From IMG/VR virus record IMGVR_UViG_3300031687_001114, positions 54,130-74,129 of that record: 20,000 bases of DNA; one strand, 5' to 3'. A program made the position numbers and the translations under genes. The notes under the pieces are model-generated. The model was not told the origin of the DNA. It was given only the letters and a program-made list of their open reading frames with translations, and ran no database searches. Shown here piece after piece: positions 1 to 9,651 of the stretch; the stretch's first letter is position 1; every line of letters starts with the position of its first letter. Origin of the DNA: an uncultured virus (IMG/VR IMGVR_UViG_3300031687_001114). Its lineage: Duplodnaviria; Heunggongvirae; Uroviricota; Caudoviricetes.

Positions 1-2121
1 ATTGTCGATGTCAAGTTGCGATACTTCAAAATCGTCTTCCACTTTCTGTTTAAATGAGTCTTTATGTCCACGCCATGCTGTGTCGTAAGTAATTACTCCG
101 TCAGTATCTGTCTTCTTATAATAACTATAACCTTTTACAAAGCTAGTAGTTGTGCCGCCGAAAGGTGTGTAACTAATTACATCACTAGACATGTTATTAT
201 CAAACACAATTTCACTAAAGTTATTAAAGTTTTTATATTCTAATGGGAATCCTAATACACTGTCGTTAGTTGAACTAGTAAGTGCGTCCTTATAGGAAAA
301 TAACTTAGTTCCTTTGAATGATGAACTTGGATACGTTACTTCGTTGCCAACAGATTTTTTACTAGAGTCGTATGCCGCAAATAATGGCGCTGAATTAACT
401 TTTGTCTTTCTTTGACCAACAATCCATTTTGTTCCAGACCAGTAGTATTCTTTACCTTGATGTTGCACTCCAAACAGAACAGCTACAATGTCGCCTGTTA
501 CTGGAGTCCACGGAACAAAGTTTGAGTCACCGTCAACTGCTCCAACTGGATTAGTTGTTGGATGTGGCATCCTTGTTAATTTTATTCTGTTATTAAAAGT
601 TAATGCTACACCGTCTGCAATAGTTTCTGCTTGACTTAATGTAATAGTAAGTGTGCTAGTATTAATTGTTTTTACTGTTGTATCGACACCACTAATGCCT
701 GTGCCTTTAACTAAAGCACCAACGTAAACATCTGCCATACTATCTAGTACAACAGTAGTGGAACTAGAAACAGCACCGTTAACAGTTTGTGTTTGCGTAT
801 CCTCTACAACATAAATGTATTTTGATATGGTTGCATCTTCGTCTGGTAATAGCAGTTTGTTAGCAAGTTTTAATCCTTGATTATCTAGTAAAGCACTAAC
901 GGCTCTGCCTTGCACTTCATTTTTAGTATAGCCTGTGCCACTTAAATCAGCACTGAATGTTGTTCCTTTACTTCCAAAGTTATATAATTCTAAATTTCTA
1001 TCAAATTCTAGGATCGGTCTTTTTGCTCTGTAAGCCTTATCAGGCAATGCAGTAGCCGATTCTGTAAATCTATCTTTGTGATGCCAAAAGTTAATCCTAC
1101 TCCAAGTATTGTTATCTTCAGCGGCCCTTTGCATAATCAAGTAGTCGGGTACTATCTGGGTGTTGCCGCCATCCCATGGATCAGCATCAAAGCCTGCAGT
1201 ACCTGTGTTCATGTATGAAAGAAACTTGCCAGTGCCTGTAACATATCCTTTCCAGTAAGTTTCACCAGTTAATGTTATATCATCTAATCCAATAAAGAAT
1301 TCGTTGTCAATTTTCTTTCCTAGTGCGTCATAGTATTGTCTAGCAGTGCCGTTGTCTTCTAATAATAATGCGGCGGCTGTAATTGCGCCTGATGGTATGT
1401 CAGATGCTATAAGCGTTGATTCCGCCGTTATAACTTCATCGTCCCACGGTGTAAATGCTGGTGTTGAAAATATAGCACTAAAGTTTTGATCCTTAGCATA
1501 TAACACTATGCTATCGCCTACACCTTCTACGATGTATCTGATTCCTAAGTACGTTGCTGGAATAACATGTGTGCCTGCAAATTCTATAACAGCGCCGTTT
1601 TTAAGTTCTATGCCATTAGGTGAAGTATAAAACTTCTTGCCTATTATATCTTTTAAAACATTAATAGTTGTTGCACTAGTTCCGTTAACTGTAATCTTGT
1701 TTGGGCCGTCTGTGCTCCAGAAATATTCCTGGAAGTTAACTAGCTTGTCGTAATCAATTGGAGGTAAAAAACTATAAAAATTTGTGTCAAACAATACATT
1801 TTCGTTTTTAGTATCTACGCCATAACTCGATAATTGGTTAACAAAGTCTTCGTAGAATAATACATTTGTTGCTTCGCCGGTAGATCCATCAATTGTGTTT
1901 ACTACTGGCTCTAAACTGTATTTTTGTCTGCTTGGATTTGGTTCAACAATGTAGTGGTCTTGGCTGGAGTTAAATTGATCTGGCTCCTTACGTCCAATGT
2001 ATGCGGAAATTGTTTCAATGTTACTTTTACTGAATAACTGTTCTACGGTACTTTCAAAAAAGTTCTTTAATACCGTGGTCTGTAATGCACCGGGTAACTT
2101 ACTTATTTGCTTATCAGCCAT
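1..2121 (-). CDS. Large virion structural / baseplate-associated protein, N-terminal ~707 aa, continues beyond the left edge
   Basis: Absent from the ORF track because it has no stop in the window. ATG at 2121, 8 nt after the TAG of the gp6-like gene, with TAGGAAAAAAC upstream. Manually translated segments are open and in one frame: MADKQISKLPGALQTTVLKNFFESTVEQLFSKSNIETISAYIGRKEPDQ...FLPPIDYDKLVNFQEYFWSTDGP... down to ...FEVSQLDIDN at base 1. Position directly after the wedge gene suggests a gp7-like role (inference). Confidence 0.85.
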   Translation of the reverse strand, partial: MADKQISKLPGALQTTVLKNFFESTVEQLFSKSNIETISAYIGRKEPDQFNSSQDHYIVEPNPSRQKYSLEPVVNTIDGSTGEATNVLFYEDFVNQLSSYGVDTKNENVLFDTNFYSFLPPIDYDKLVNFQEYFWSTDGPNKITVNGTSATTINVLKDIIGKKFYTSPNGIELKNGAVIEFAGTHVIPATYLGIRYIVEGVGDSIVLYAKDQNFSAIFSTPAFTPWDDEVITAESTLIASDIPSGAITAAALLLEDNGTARQYYDALGKKIDNEFFIGLDDITLTGETYWKGYVTGTGKFLSYMNTGTAGFDADPWDGGNTQIVPDYLIMQRAAEDNNTWSRINFWHHKDRFTESATALPDKAYRAKRPILEFDRNLELYNFGSKGTTFSADLSGTGYTKNEVQGRAVSALLDNQGLKLANKLLLPDEDATISKYIYVVEDTQTQTVNGAVSSSTTVVLDSMADVYVGALVKGTGISGVDTTVKTINTSTLTITLSQAETIADGVALTFNNRIKLTRMPHPTTNPVGAVDGDSNFVPWTPVTGDIVAVLFGVQHQGKEYYWSGTKWIVGQRKTKVNSAPLFAAYDSSKKSVGNEVTYPSSSFKGTKLFSYKDALTSSTNDSVLGFPLEYKNFNNFSEIVFDNNMSSDVISYTPFGGTTTSFVKGYSYYKKTDTDGVITYDTAWRGHKDSFKQKVEDDFEVSQLDIDN

Positions 2122-2129
2122 GTTTTTTC

Positions 2130-5100
2130 CTAATATCCGCTGTTGTCTGTTGAGCTACTAGAGTTGCCCACAGAATTATTTAGGGTAATTGTATTACCCA
2201 ATGTAGTGTTTGCTACACTTTGATCCAGTACATAAGTACCATGGTAGTATGTTACACTGTTAGGCATGTAAAATACTTGCCCAAAGAATGTGTGCGTCAT
2301 ACTTGTTCCGTCACCTGCAAAGTTTGCCGCTTCAGCTGAAGCATATAACGGATAGTAACCATTAATAGCATAAGGACCCACAGAGCTGTCAACACCATTG
2401 TATGTTGTTAATAGTCCGCTACTAGTCTTGTTAGGCTTAATGTTACCATGTGTTAATTTGTCTACAACATCAATTTCGTCAATGCCGGCTGTACTTAAAA
2501 ATAGTTCGTCTGCATCTGCTTTAACTTGGAATAAGTCTCCAAAAACACCACTTGCTTTTGTAGGCACAATAACAATACTGCCTATAGCATTTCCAACTTG
2601 CTGATGTATATAACTGCTTAGTTCTGTGAAGTAAAAAGTATCGCCGAAGTCCCAATTATCTACATTGAAATATTGGTTAATTGCGCCAATAACTTTTGTT
2701 TTAATTTCGTTATCACTTAAACTTGTTCCAGGCAATCGAACAACTTTGAATTTTGCTTGTAGCTCATCAGTTGCATCATCGCCAAATATTAATTTAAATC
2801 TTCCACTCTTGAATACTAATTGGTCACTAGCAGATTTAAAGTCTTGTAAAATAGCAAATTCGTTTTCTAATTCTGAACTAGTAGGTGCTGTTGGGAAATC
2901 TGTTCCTGGCACTTTAATATAAGATTGCATGTCTTCCCAGTACGAAGAAGTAAGTACAAAGAATTCATGTACGTTACTAACACTAGGATCGATTCGCATA
3001 CTATTGTCTGCAACGTGAGTCCATTTAAATACTACACCGTTTTGTCTGAGTGACTTAGAATTCTGTGTAAAACTTCTGCCTTTTTTAGCAAAGTGACTTG
3101 AACTTTCGTAGTTGCTAACACTTGCTAAGTTTGTGCTACTCTTAGTTAAAATAAATACCTTCCCAGTGTCTTTAGAATAAATCTTTTTATTATGCATGCC
3201 ACCAGTAGTTTCATTTTTACCTTGCTGGTTATTAAATAAATCAACAACAGTTTTGTTTCTAACTAAGTAGAATTCGTAATCAGCAGTATTATACGGCACA
3301 CCAGCGGCGCCTGTCACAGTTGATCTATCTCCAGCAAACGTTAGTGTTGTTTCTTTTCTTAAATCTAATATGCCTGTTTTAACTGGTCTAGTATAAGTGT
3401 AGCCATCAAAGTCTTCATAGTTTTCAAATAATATAATGTCGTCTGCGCCAACAAAATGTTCAAACTGGATTGGATTATCTGGACTATCTGATGATGCTGT
3501 ATTAACAGGAGTAACTTTAACCTTCTTAGGATCAGTATATCCGTCTGGGTAACTAAAGTTTCCTATAGCACTATATACTATCGGAGCATCAAGTCTAGAG
3601 TTGTCGTTAACATACTTAACTGCAATAGTATCACTTCTGTTATTTCTAGCAGAGTTGTCTATGGCATAGTGATGTCTTGCTTCAAAGTCAACTACAAGTG
3701 TTCCTGTCTGTGCCGCATAGTTACTAGTAGCTAATTGGAAAGAAGCGCCAGCTACTGTACATGAACCGCCTGCCGCCAGTGTTAAGTTCTGATTATTATA
3801 TCTGTATGCAATGCCGCCTGTAGCATTTAAAATTGGTCCACCGAATGTGGTACCATCAAACGCTATAGTTATTTTTGGCAACTTATAAATTACGCCAGTG
3901 TCTGCAACTACTACTACTTTGTCAGTAACAGTTGTTGATGCCGATGTGCCTAATTCAATTGATGTTGGTTGTACAAAAGCCCCTATGGCTCCATTTTGAT
4001 AAATTCCTAAGTTAGATATAACTGAAACTGCTATATCGTAATGCTTAACATTTCTGGAAATCAACGGTATATTAGAAAAGTAAGATCCTGTAGTACCTAA
4101 ATACCACTTGTCTCCAATTATTACACCGTCTTCGTCAACCCATGTAAATGATTCTGTGAAACTAGGCTTAATGTTTAATGTTGGTAATTCAATTGAATCG
4201 TATTTTGCTAAACCTGTTGCGTTATCCTGTAACCTGTTTTCATTGACATTATAAAATCTAACATCGTCTAAACTTTCGAACACAAATTGTGTTCCTCTAA
4301 TTTCAATATCATATCTGTATGATAATGTATCTACATTAACATATTTAAATTTTAATATCCAACTTGCATCTAATCCTGTTCCTGATGAATCTCCGGTATA
4401 CGAAGCACTAAAGTCTTTAGCAGTACTTAAATTATTATTCTCTATAATATAGAATCTATTTTCGCTAGGCATAAATCTTACGCCAAATGTTCTTCTAGAA
4501 GCCATTGCCGATTTTAATTGCTGTTCTTCTAATGCAAATAATGTTTTTCTTAAAATAACAATTACTTCATCACATTTCCAACCATTTGTAATTTTCTTAT
4601 TAAGTTTAACTGGGCCATTTGATGTACTACTAGCCGAGTTTCTAACACCGTTGTTATCCATACTAACAATCTTAGCCCATTCATATTTTGTTTTATCAGT
4701 GGGATCATAGAATTTTAACATATAGCCAGGCTGTATAATTTTAAACAGCGTATTAGCTACATTAACGTCAGTAGGTGTTCCACCAGCTGTATATGTCTCA
4801 GACATATACCCAAACACACCTGTAGCAATTCTTGGCAATGTATTCCATGTTATGCCGAATAATGAAATATCAAACATATCAGTATAAGCAGGAACTTCTT
4901 TAACTTTAGTTCTAAATGTGCTGTAAATAAAATCATTAAGTTTTAAGTTCTTAATAATAGTTGGAAACTTTGTGTTAATAAAATCTTGTGTAGTATTCGT
5001 AGTTGTTACTTTAAATGCATCACTAGAGTTACTAGGCTCTTCATACAATGCGCCATCTTCTGCGATACTAGTTGTGGTCTGGAAAGTACTAGTAGGATCT

Positions 5101-6503
5101 GTAATATCAATATATCTACTGTGTCCAGCATGTGTTTTGTTAGTAACTTTTAATTTTTTAATGTTTGTGCTTTTAGCTAAAGGAAGTACTTGGTAGTCTT
5201 GAGCTGTAACCATTCTGTCTTGAGCATAATATGCCTGTGGTGCTCTTTCCTTAATGCCAGCAAGTGTTTCTGCAGGTAAACTGTTTGATACCTTGCTTTC
5301 TAGTTTTGATGTAATTGTTAACTGATGCGATTTACCATCTCCTGTAAAGTATGGTATAGTTGTTACAACAGTTCTAACATCATCTGGCTGTAGTGCAAAT
5401 CTTTCGTTGTCACTAACTCTGTACTGAGCTTTAAATGATCCCATAGGTACGTTTGCAAAGTTACCGTCTGCAAACTGTAGTCTAATACCACCTTGTCCTA
5501 CATTTTGTACAGCATATAATAACGGAGTATTTTTAGCCTTAGTGTTATACATTAAAGTCTGTCCAACAGTGTTTGGAACTTTAACCCACTTAGTTAATAC
5601 TTTATCATTACTATCTACTTCTGACAAATATACATCTGTTTCATTAATATTATCAACAGCAATTGCTTGTTGTCTGTTTTCAATTGGTGTAGTAAAATCG
5701 AAATTTGATGATCGCAATGTGCCTTGCTTAAACATCATAAAGAATCCAGTATTTTTACTTAATGATCCTAGTCCGTCATTTCTATGAAGTATTGAAAAGT
5801 TGTTTGTGCTGTCTGGATGCTTTTCTGCAAACACACCGGCATCTTCAAAATCAACATTCACAAATTCAAATGCTCTGTCAACTCCGTTAACATTTACATC
5901 AAAGCCGTATGTTTGCGATGCAGTGATTGGAGTGTTAATATCGTATCTGTCTGTTATGATTCCACCGACAGTTCCTGTTTTTACAGGCTTACTAAATCTG
6001 TTAACATTACCAAATGCACTATTCATTATAGTTAAAAATTGTTCGTAACTGTCTGGATTGTTTGCATCGTTCCAGCTAATAGTTTTATCGTTTATACTTG
6101 CACCCGAACTATCTGTTAACGCCTCTGAAGTTGACACGCTTACAATTTTCATTAATCCACTTGCAGGCATATTTCGTTTTGGATTGTATCCAAGTTGTCT
6201 AGCAAGTTTAAATACCGAGTCTCTTCGCTCAGCAGTTTCTAAAAAGTTTTCTCTTGTATTAACATCCATTCTGAATGCAATACTTTGCCCGAGGTAGGCA
6301 AGCAATTCTATGATTGCTATGAATTCTGAACTTTCAATATAATCATTGAAGTTTTCTGGAAAATTAGATTTGATATATTCGACCATTGCATTTCTAATAG
6401 TGTCAAAGTCGTATGCTTGAAAGTCTACTTGACTATATGCCTGATAGGCTACTGACCAATCTTCTGCCGCGAATAAATTATTTTGTCTGCTATTAACTGC
6501 CAT
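2130..6503 (-). CDS. gp6: Baseplate wedge subunit, T4 gp6-like (1457 aa, with large central insertion)
   Basis: N-terminus DFQAYDFDTIRNAMVEYIK...FNDYIESSEF...ELLAY...NTRENFLETAERRDSVFKLARQLGYNPKR and the AETLAGIKERAPQAYYAQDRMVTAQDY motif are typical of gp6/baseplate J-like proteins. Lies directly downstream of a gp25-like gene. Confidence 0.88.
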   Translation of the reverse strand: MAVNSRQNNLFAAEDWSVAYQAYSQVDFQAYDFDTIRNAMVEYIKSNFPENFNDYIESSEFIAIIELLAYLGQSIAFRMDVNTRENFLETAERRDSVFKLARQLGYNPKRNMPASGLMKIVSVSTSEALTDSSGASINDKTISWNDANNPDSYEQFLTIMNSAFGNVNRFSKPVKTGTVGGIITDRYDINTPITASQTYGFDVNVNGVDRAFEFVNVDFEDAGVFAEKHPDSTNNFSILHRNDGLGSLSKNTGFFMMFKQGTLRSSNFDFTTPIENRQQAIAVDNINETDVYLSEVDSNDKVLTKWVKVPNTVGQTLMYNTKAKNTPLLYAVQNVGQGGIRLQFADGNFANVPMGSFKAQYRVSDNERFALQPDDVRTVVTTIPYFTGDGKSHQLTITSKLESKVSNSLPAETLAGIKERAPQAYYAQDRMVTAQDYQVLPLAKSTNIKKLKVTNKTHAGHSRYIDITDPTSTFQTTTSIAEDGALYEEPSNSSDAFKVTTTNTTQDFINTKFPTIIKNLKLNDFIYSTFRTKVKEVPAYTDMFDISLFGITWNTLPRIATGVFGYMSETYTAGGTPTDVNVANTLFKIIQPGYMLKFYDPTDKTKYEWAKIVSMDNNGVRNSASSTSNGPVKLNKKITNGWKCDEVIVILRKTLFALEEQQLKSAMASRRTFGVRFMPSENRFYIIENNNLSTAKDFSASYTGDSSGTGLDASWILKFKYVNVDTLSYRYDIEIRGTQFVFESLDDVRFYNVNENRLQDNATGLAKYDSIELPTLNIKPSFTESFTWVDEDGVIIGDKWYLGTTGSYFSNIPLISRNVKHYDIAVSVISNLGIYQNGAIGAFVQPTSIELGTSASTTVTDKVVVVADTGVIYKLPKITIAFDGTTFGGPILNATGGIAYRYNNQNLTLAAGGSCTVAGASFQLATSNYAAQTGTLVVDFEARHHYAIDNSARNNRSDTIAVKYVNDNSRLDAPIVYSAIGNFSYPDGYTDPKKVKVTPVNTASSDSPDNPIQFEHFVGADDIILFENYEDFDGYTYTRPVKTGILDLRKETTLTFAGDRSTVTGAAGVPYNTADYEFYLVRNKTVVDLFNNQQGKNETTGGMHNKKIYSKDTGKVFILTKSSTNLASVSNYESSSHFAKKGRSFTQNSKSLRQNGVVFKWTHVADNSMRIDPSVSNVHEFFVLTSSYWEDMQSYIKVPGTDFPTAPTSSELENEFAILQDFKSASDQLVFKSGRFKLIFGDDATDELQAKFKVVRLPGTSLSDNEIKTKVIGAINQYFNVDNWDFGDTFYFTELSSYIHQQVGNAIGSIVIVPTKASGVFGDLFQVKADADELFLSTAGIDEIDVVDKLTHGNIKPNKTSSGLLTTYNGVDSSVGPYAINGYYPLYASAEAANFAGDGTSMTHTFFGQVFYMPNSVTYYHGTYVLDQSVANTTLGNTITLNNSVGNSSSSTDNSGY

Positions 6504-6504
6504 G

Positions 6505-6876
6505 TTATATCTCTACGTTTTCCCTAGCATACTCTACAAATAGTGTGTCTTCCGATAAAAACGGTTTAAACTTTAAGTGTAATGTTATGCGAATTGTGTG
6601 GTCTAATACATCAGTGAACATATCGGTCATTTCTACCCTGCTGTCCTTCGATACAATACGCTCTATATCTTCTTTGATTTCTGCAACAACGTATTGGTCT
6701 AGAGGGTTCATTATAATATCCCAAATTCTAGTACCATATGTAGGTCTCATTACTCGCTCACCTCTTTTGGTATAAAGTTCGTTAAGTAAGTCAGCTTTTA
6801 TAAGTTCACCATCAATTAGCGTATAAGGTGCCCTTACCTTGCCTGTTGTGCTGAATCCTCTGTATATATTTGCCAT
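6505..6876 (-). CDS. gp25: Baseplate wedge subunit, gp25/GPW-like
   Basis: 123 aa with LIKADLLNELYTKRGERVMRPTYGTRIWDIIMNP...IERIVSKDSRV, matching the gp25 GERxMxPxYG pattern; adjacent to the gp6-like gene. Confidence 0.9.
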   Translation of the reverse strand: MANIYRGFSTTGKVRAPYTLIDGELIKADLLNELYTKRGERVMRPTYGTRIWDIIMNPLDQYVVAEIKEDIERIVSKDSRVEMTDMFTDVLDHTIRITLHLKFKPFLSEDTLFVEYARENVEI

Positions 6877-6881
6877 ACAAC

Positions 6882-6889
6882 TATTTATC
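6882..6889 (-). promoter_or_regulatory. Putative late promoter GATAAATA for the gp25-gp6 operon
   Basis: One mismatch to the T4 late consensus TATAAATA, 5 nt upstream of the gp25 ATG. The same 8-mer recurs at 13197-13214 and 17982-17989, and a gp55 gene is present. Confidence 0.65.
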
Positions 6890-6941
6890 CTAAAGGATTA
6901 AAACTAGTTATAATAAACACCATAATAAGCCTAAAAAAATG

Positions 6942-6970
6942 TTGACTTTTCAATAGAATGGATACATAAT
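6942..6970 (+). promoter_or_regulatory. Sigma70-type (early) promoter
   Basis: TTGACT (6942-6947), 17 bp, CATAAT (6965-6970). A-tract upstream; AGGA RBS before the ATG at 7020. Confidence 0.75.
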
Positions 6971-7019
6971 AACATAGTAGGAATTATCTTGCTAATTTTA
7001 TAAATTTATAGGAATAACA

Positions 7020-7295
7020 ATGAGAAATATCATTGAACGATTCGACAGCATTTGCAAAAAAGCAGACGCAGTTAACAAGCAGTTAAAATTAACTGATCAG
7101 TCTTCTGGGTACGGACCTCGTTTCCAAAAGATGATGTCGAAAAAACAGAATCGTCTACATTCCGTAGGCATTTACGATTACCACACTAAGGGCTATGTAT
7201 TGTTCGAAATGGTTAATCTTGTAGGTCAGAAGGGCAAAGTACCACAGGAATTCTATGACATGGAATCTATGCTCAAGAATGCCGTTACCGCCTAA
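7020..7295 (+). CDS. Hypothetical protein (91 aa, basic)
   Basis: ORF with AGGAATAACA-ATG start downstream of a sigma70 promoter; no recognisable motif. Confidence 0.75.
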   Translation: MRNIIERFDSICKKADAVNKQLKLTDQSSGYGPRFQKMMSKKQNRLHSVGIYDYHTKGYVLFEMVNLVGQKGKVPQEFYDMESMLKNAVTA

Positions 7296-7905
7296 CAAAA
7301 ATATTGTTTTTATACATGGTAGTGGCGCCTCCACGTTAAGTTTTAACTTTTTACAAATATTCTTGCCAGAACATAACGTACTTTATATAGAGTACGACAC
7401 GCAAGAGCTACCGGAAACATTAGTAACTCGTATCAAAATGGAAATACTCGATGAGTTTGGGCATGAACCATTCTCCGTAATAGCACATAGTTACGGGTGT
7501 TTGCTAGGATTAAAAGCGGTACAGGCATTTGCTAACTGTGAAGTATTTTTAGCCATGAGTGCTCCGTGGGGCGGTAGTAGAACAGCAAAATGGTTATCGT
7601 ATGCATTCAGACACAGCAAACTTTTTACAGCACTAAATCCAAAGAGTACGTTTATCACTGCATTACAAACTGTAAACAATGATTTTAAGATAATTAACAT
7701 AGTAACAACAGGAACTAGAGGAGCCGGAAATGCTCTTGCTGGTATGGGTGAATCTAACGATGGCACTCTAACTGTTAAAACACAGAAATCTGTTCCTAGT
7801 AATTTTAATAATTTGAAACAGATTGAAATGGGTACTAGTCACAACGAAGTGCTAGTTAATTTTGAAACGGTTGAAATTATAAAAAGGGAGATGTTTGGTG
7901 AATAA
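7279..7905 (+). CDS. Alpha/beta-hydrolase fold esterase/lipase
   Basis: IVFIHGSG oxyanion segment, AHSYG nucleophile elbow, NDG acid and SH catalytic His in the expected order. ATG 7279 (MPLPPNK) is preferred over 7255 because it overlaps the upstream gene less. Confidence 0.85.
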   Translation: MPLPPNKNIVFIHGSGASTLSFNFLQIFLPEHNVLYIEYDTQELPETLVTRIKMEILDEFGHEPFSVIAHSYGCLLGLKAVQAFANCEVFLAMSAPWGGSRTAKWLSYAFRHSKLFTALNPKSTFITALQTVNNDFKIINIVTTGTRGAGNALAGMGESNDGTLTVKTQKSVPSNFNNLKQIEMGTSHNEVLVNFETVEIIKREMFGE

Positions 7906-8110
7906 TAACCATAGCTTAAACGATACCTTAGAAGAAGAACTTCGTCTTATGCTTGTTGACAAGAACAACGAATGTAATCAACTAAGAGCCGAAATTAAAA
8001 CTTTAAGAAGATCAGTTGCTGAAGAACAAGAAGGCAAATATAGAGCCTATATCAAGTTTGCTGATTTACAACAACAAATACATACAAATAAGAATAACGA
8101 AACAGCTTAA
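7898..8110 (+). CDS. Small coiled-coil protein (~70 aa)
   Basis: AGGGAG RBS (7885-7890) 7 nt before GTG at 7898; heptad-like LEEELRLML...CNQLRAEIKTLRRSVAEE. Its stop overlaps the convergent gp5-like stop at TTAA 8107-8110. Confidence 0.7.
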   Translation: MNNNHSLNDTLEEELRLMLVDKNNECNQLRAEIKTLRRSVAEEQEGKYRAYIKFADLQQQIHTNKNNETA

Positions 8111-9651
8111 CTAGTTGGATTGTCTTTGTCTGCATGGCCTATATAAGGCTCTCGAGTCAGTAATGGCTCTATAATACTAGTAACAGTATCTTTATTACCA
8201 TCTCTCTCACCGTCAGTGGTCAACGGATTATCTTCGCTAGTTGCTTGAAAGTCATATTCCCACCCTGGTGTTTCTATTGGCTGGTCTTCATGTGCTATTG
8301 TCGGTATAGCCAAAGCGGCTTTACTGTTTTCTGCCTGTGTTGCACTACCACCATCATTGAGATGCACTGTACTGCCCACTACGTTTACTTTATTACCTGC
8401 TTGTATATTTGTCTCACCGCCTGCCTTAATATGCTGAGTTTCTGACGCTGTACTAAACATGTTAGACTTAGCATTTAAATGCATGTCAGTGCCAGCGGTT
8501 GCAAGTAGTGATTGTCTGGCAGTTAAATGCATACTGCCTAACTCGTCTACTTCTAACACAAAGTCTTTCATAACTTTCATAGTAGCTTCTGCGCCAGCGT
8601 TAATGTTGAGTACGCCACGTTGATTGCCGTCCTCGTCTTGTTGTCCATGTGCTTCGCCATAAACACCTGCATTAATATTTACAGATGTGTTGCCTTCTAG
8701 ATTTAAATTTTTGTCTGCACGAATATTGATGTTACCTTTAGCTCTATACGAAATATCTTTTTCACTATATATTTGTATGTCGCCGTCTCCACTCATCTCT
8801 ACCCACGCAGTACCTTTTGCATTTATTATATAAATTAGTCCGTTAGTGTCGTCCATTAATACTTGGTTGCCACCTGCTGTTCTAATTCTTATATTTTTAC
8901 TGTCGCCGTTGATGTCGCCATCGTCCATCACAAAACTGTGTCCACCTGTTCTGTGTGTGCCGTCTTTTTTACCTGTAGTTAAATTTACATCTTCTGCACC
9001 AGGAGTAGATATACCAAATACTGCACTAGGTGATTCTCTTCTTGCACTAGATGACGATAAGCCTCTGAGCTTGTCATTTATTAAGCCTTGGTCAAGAATA
9101 GGTTTTGTTATATATGGGTTAACTGGTCGTGTAGCATTAACACCGTGATTTATTTGGTCTGTTTGTCTATTAACTTCTGCAACTGGCAATTTTTGGTCTG
9201 TGCCAAAAGTTCTGCCTGCGGCATTACCAGGTACCATGTTAGCCATTTGATCTGGTAGTAAACATCCTAGTACAAATGGTAATTTAGATTTGCCGTCAGC
9301 AAAACATACTAATACCCAGTTACCTACATCAGGCGGTACCATCCACATGCCATATGTTTTTTGTGTTTCGACATACGATGCTAAATTGTCTCCAATTCTG
9401 TTAGCCGGGGTACTTCCACCAAACGGAGTACTCCAGAATGCATTAACCCAATTACTCGGATTATCTCTATCTTTGCCTAACGATGGAATATACACTGTTA
9501 GTCTGCCACTGTTAGTATCGTCTTTAGGTCTAACAATAACTTCGCCTAAATATACACCGAAATCTAAATCAGCATTTTTAGTCATTTCCGCAGTGGGATT
9601 ATTTCTACTAACTTTAAACTTATCTGCTCTATAATTTCCGCGTAAACTCAT
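8107..9651 (-). CDS. gp5: Baseplate hub/central spike, gp5/VgrG-like (OB-fold + beta-helix, no evident lysozyme domain)
   Basis: N-terminal GVYLGEV...DDTNSGRLTVYIP...PPDVGNWVLVCF OB-fold pattern; GHSFVMDD...IRIRTAGGNQVLMDD and repetitive beta-strand segments (INIRADKNLNLEG) ending VHLN. Confidence 0.82.
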   Translation of the reverse strand: MSLRGNYRADKFKVSRNNPTAEMTKNADLDFGVYLGEVIVRPKDDTNSGRLTVYIPSLGKDRDNPSNWVNAFWSTPFGGSTPANRIGDNLASYVETQKTYGMWMVPPDVGNWVLVCFADGKSKLPFVLGCLLPDQMANMVPGNAAGRTFGTDQKLPVAEVNRQTDQINHGVNATRPVNPYITKPILDQGLINDKLRGLSSSSARRESPSAVFGISTPGAEDVNLTTGKKDGTHRTGGHSFVMDDGDINGDSKNIRIRTAGGNQVLMDDTNGLIYIINAKGTAWVEMSGDGDIQIYSEKDISYRAKGNINIRADKNLNLEGNTSVNINAGVYGEAHGQQDEDGNQRGVLNINAGAEATMKVMKDFVLEVDELGSMHLTARQSLLATAGTDMHLNAKSNMFSTASETQHIKAGGETNIQAGNKVNVVGSTVHLNDGGSATQAENSKAALAIPTIAHEDQPIETPGWEYDFQATSEDNPLTTDGERDGNKDTVTSIIEPLLTREPYIGHADKDNPTS

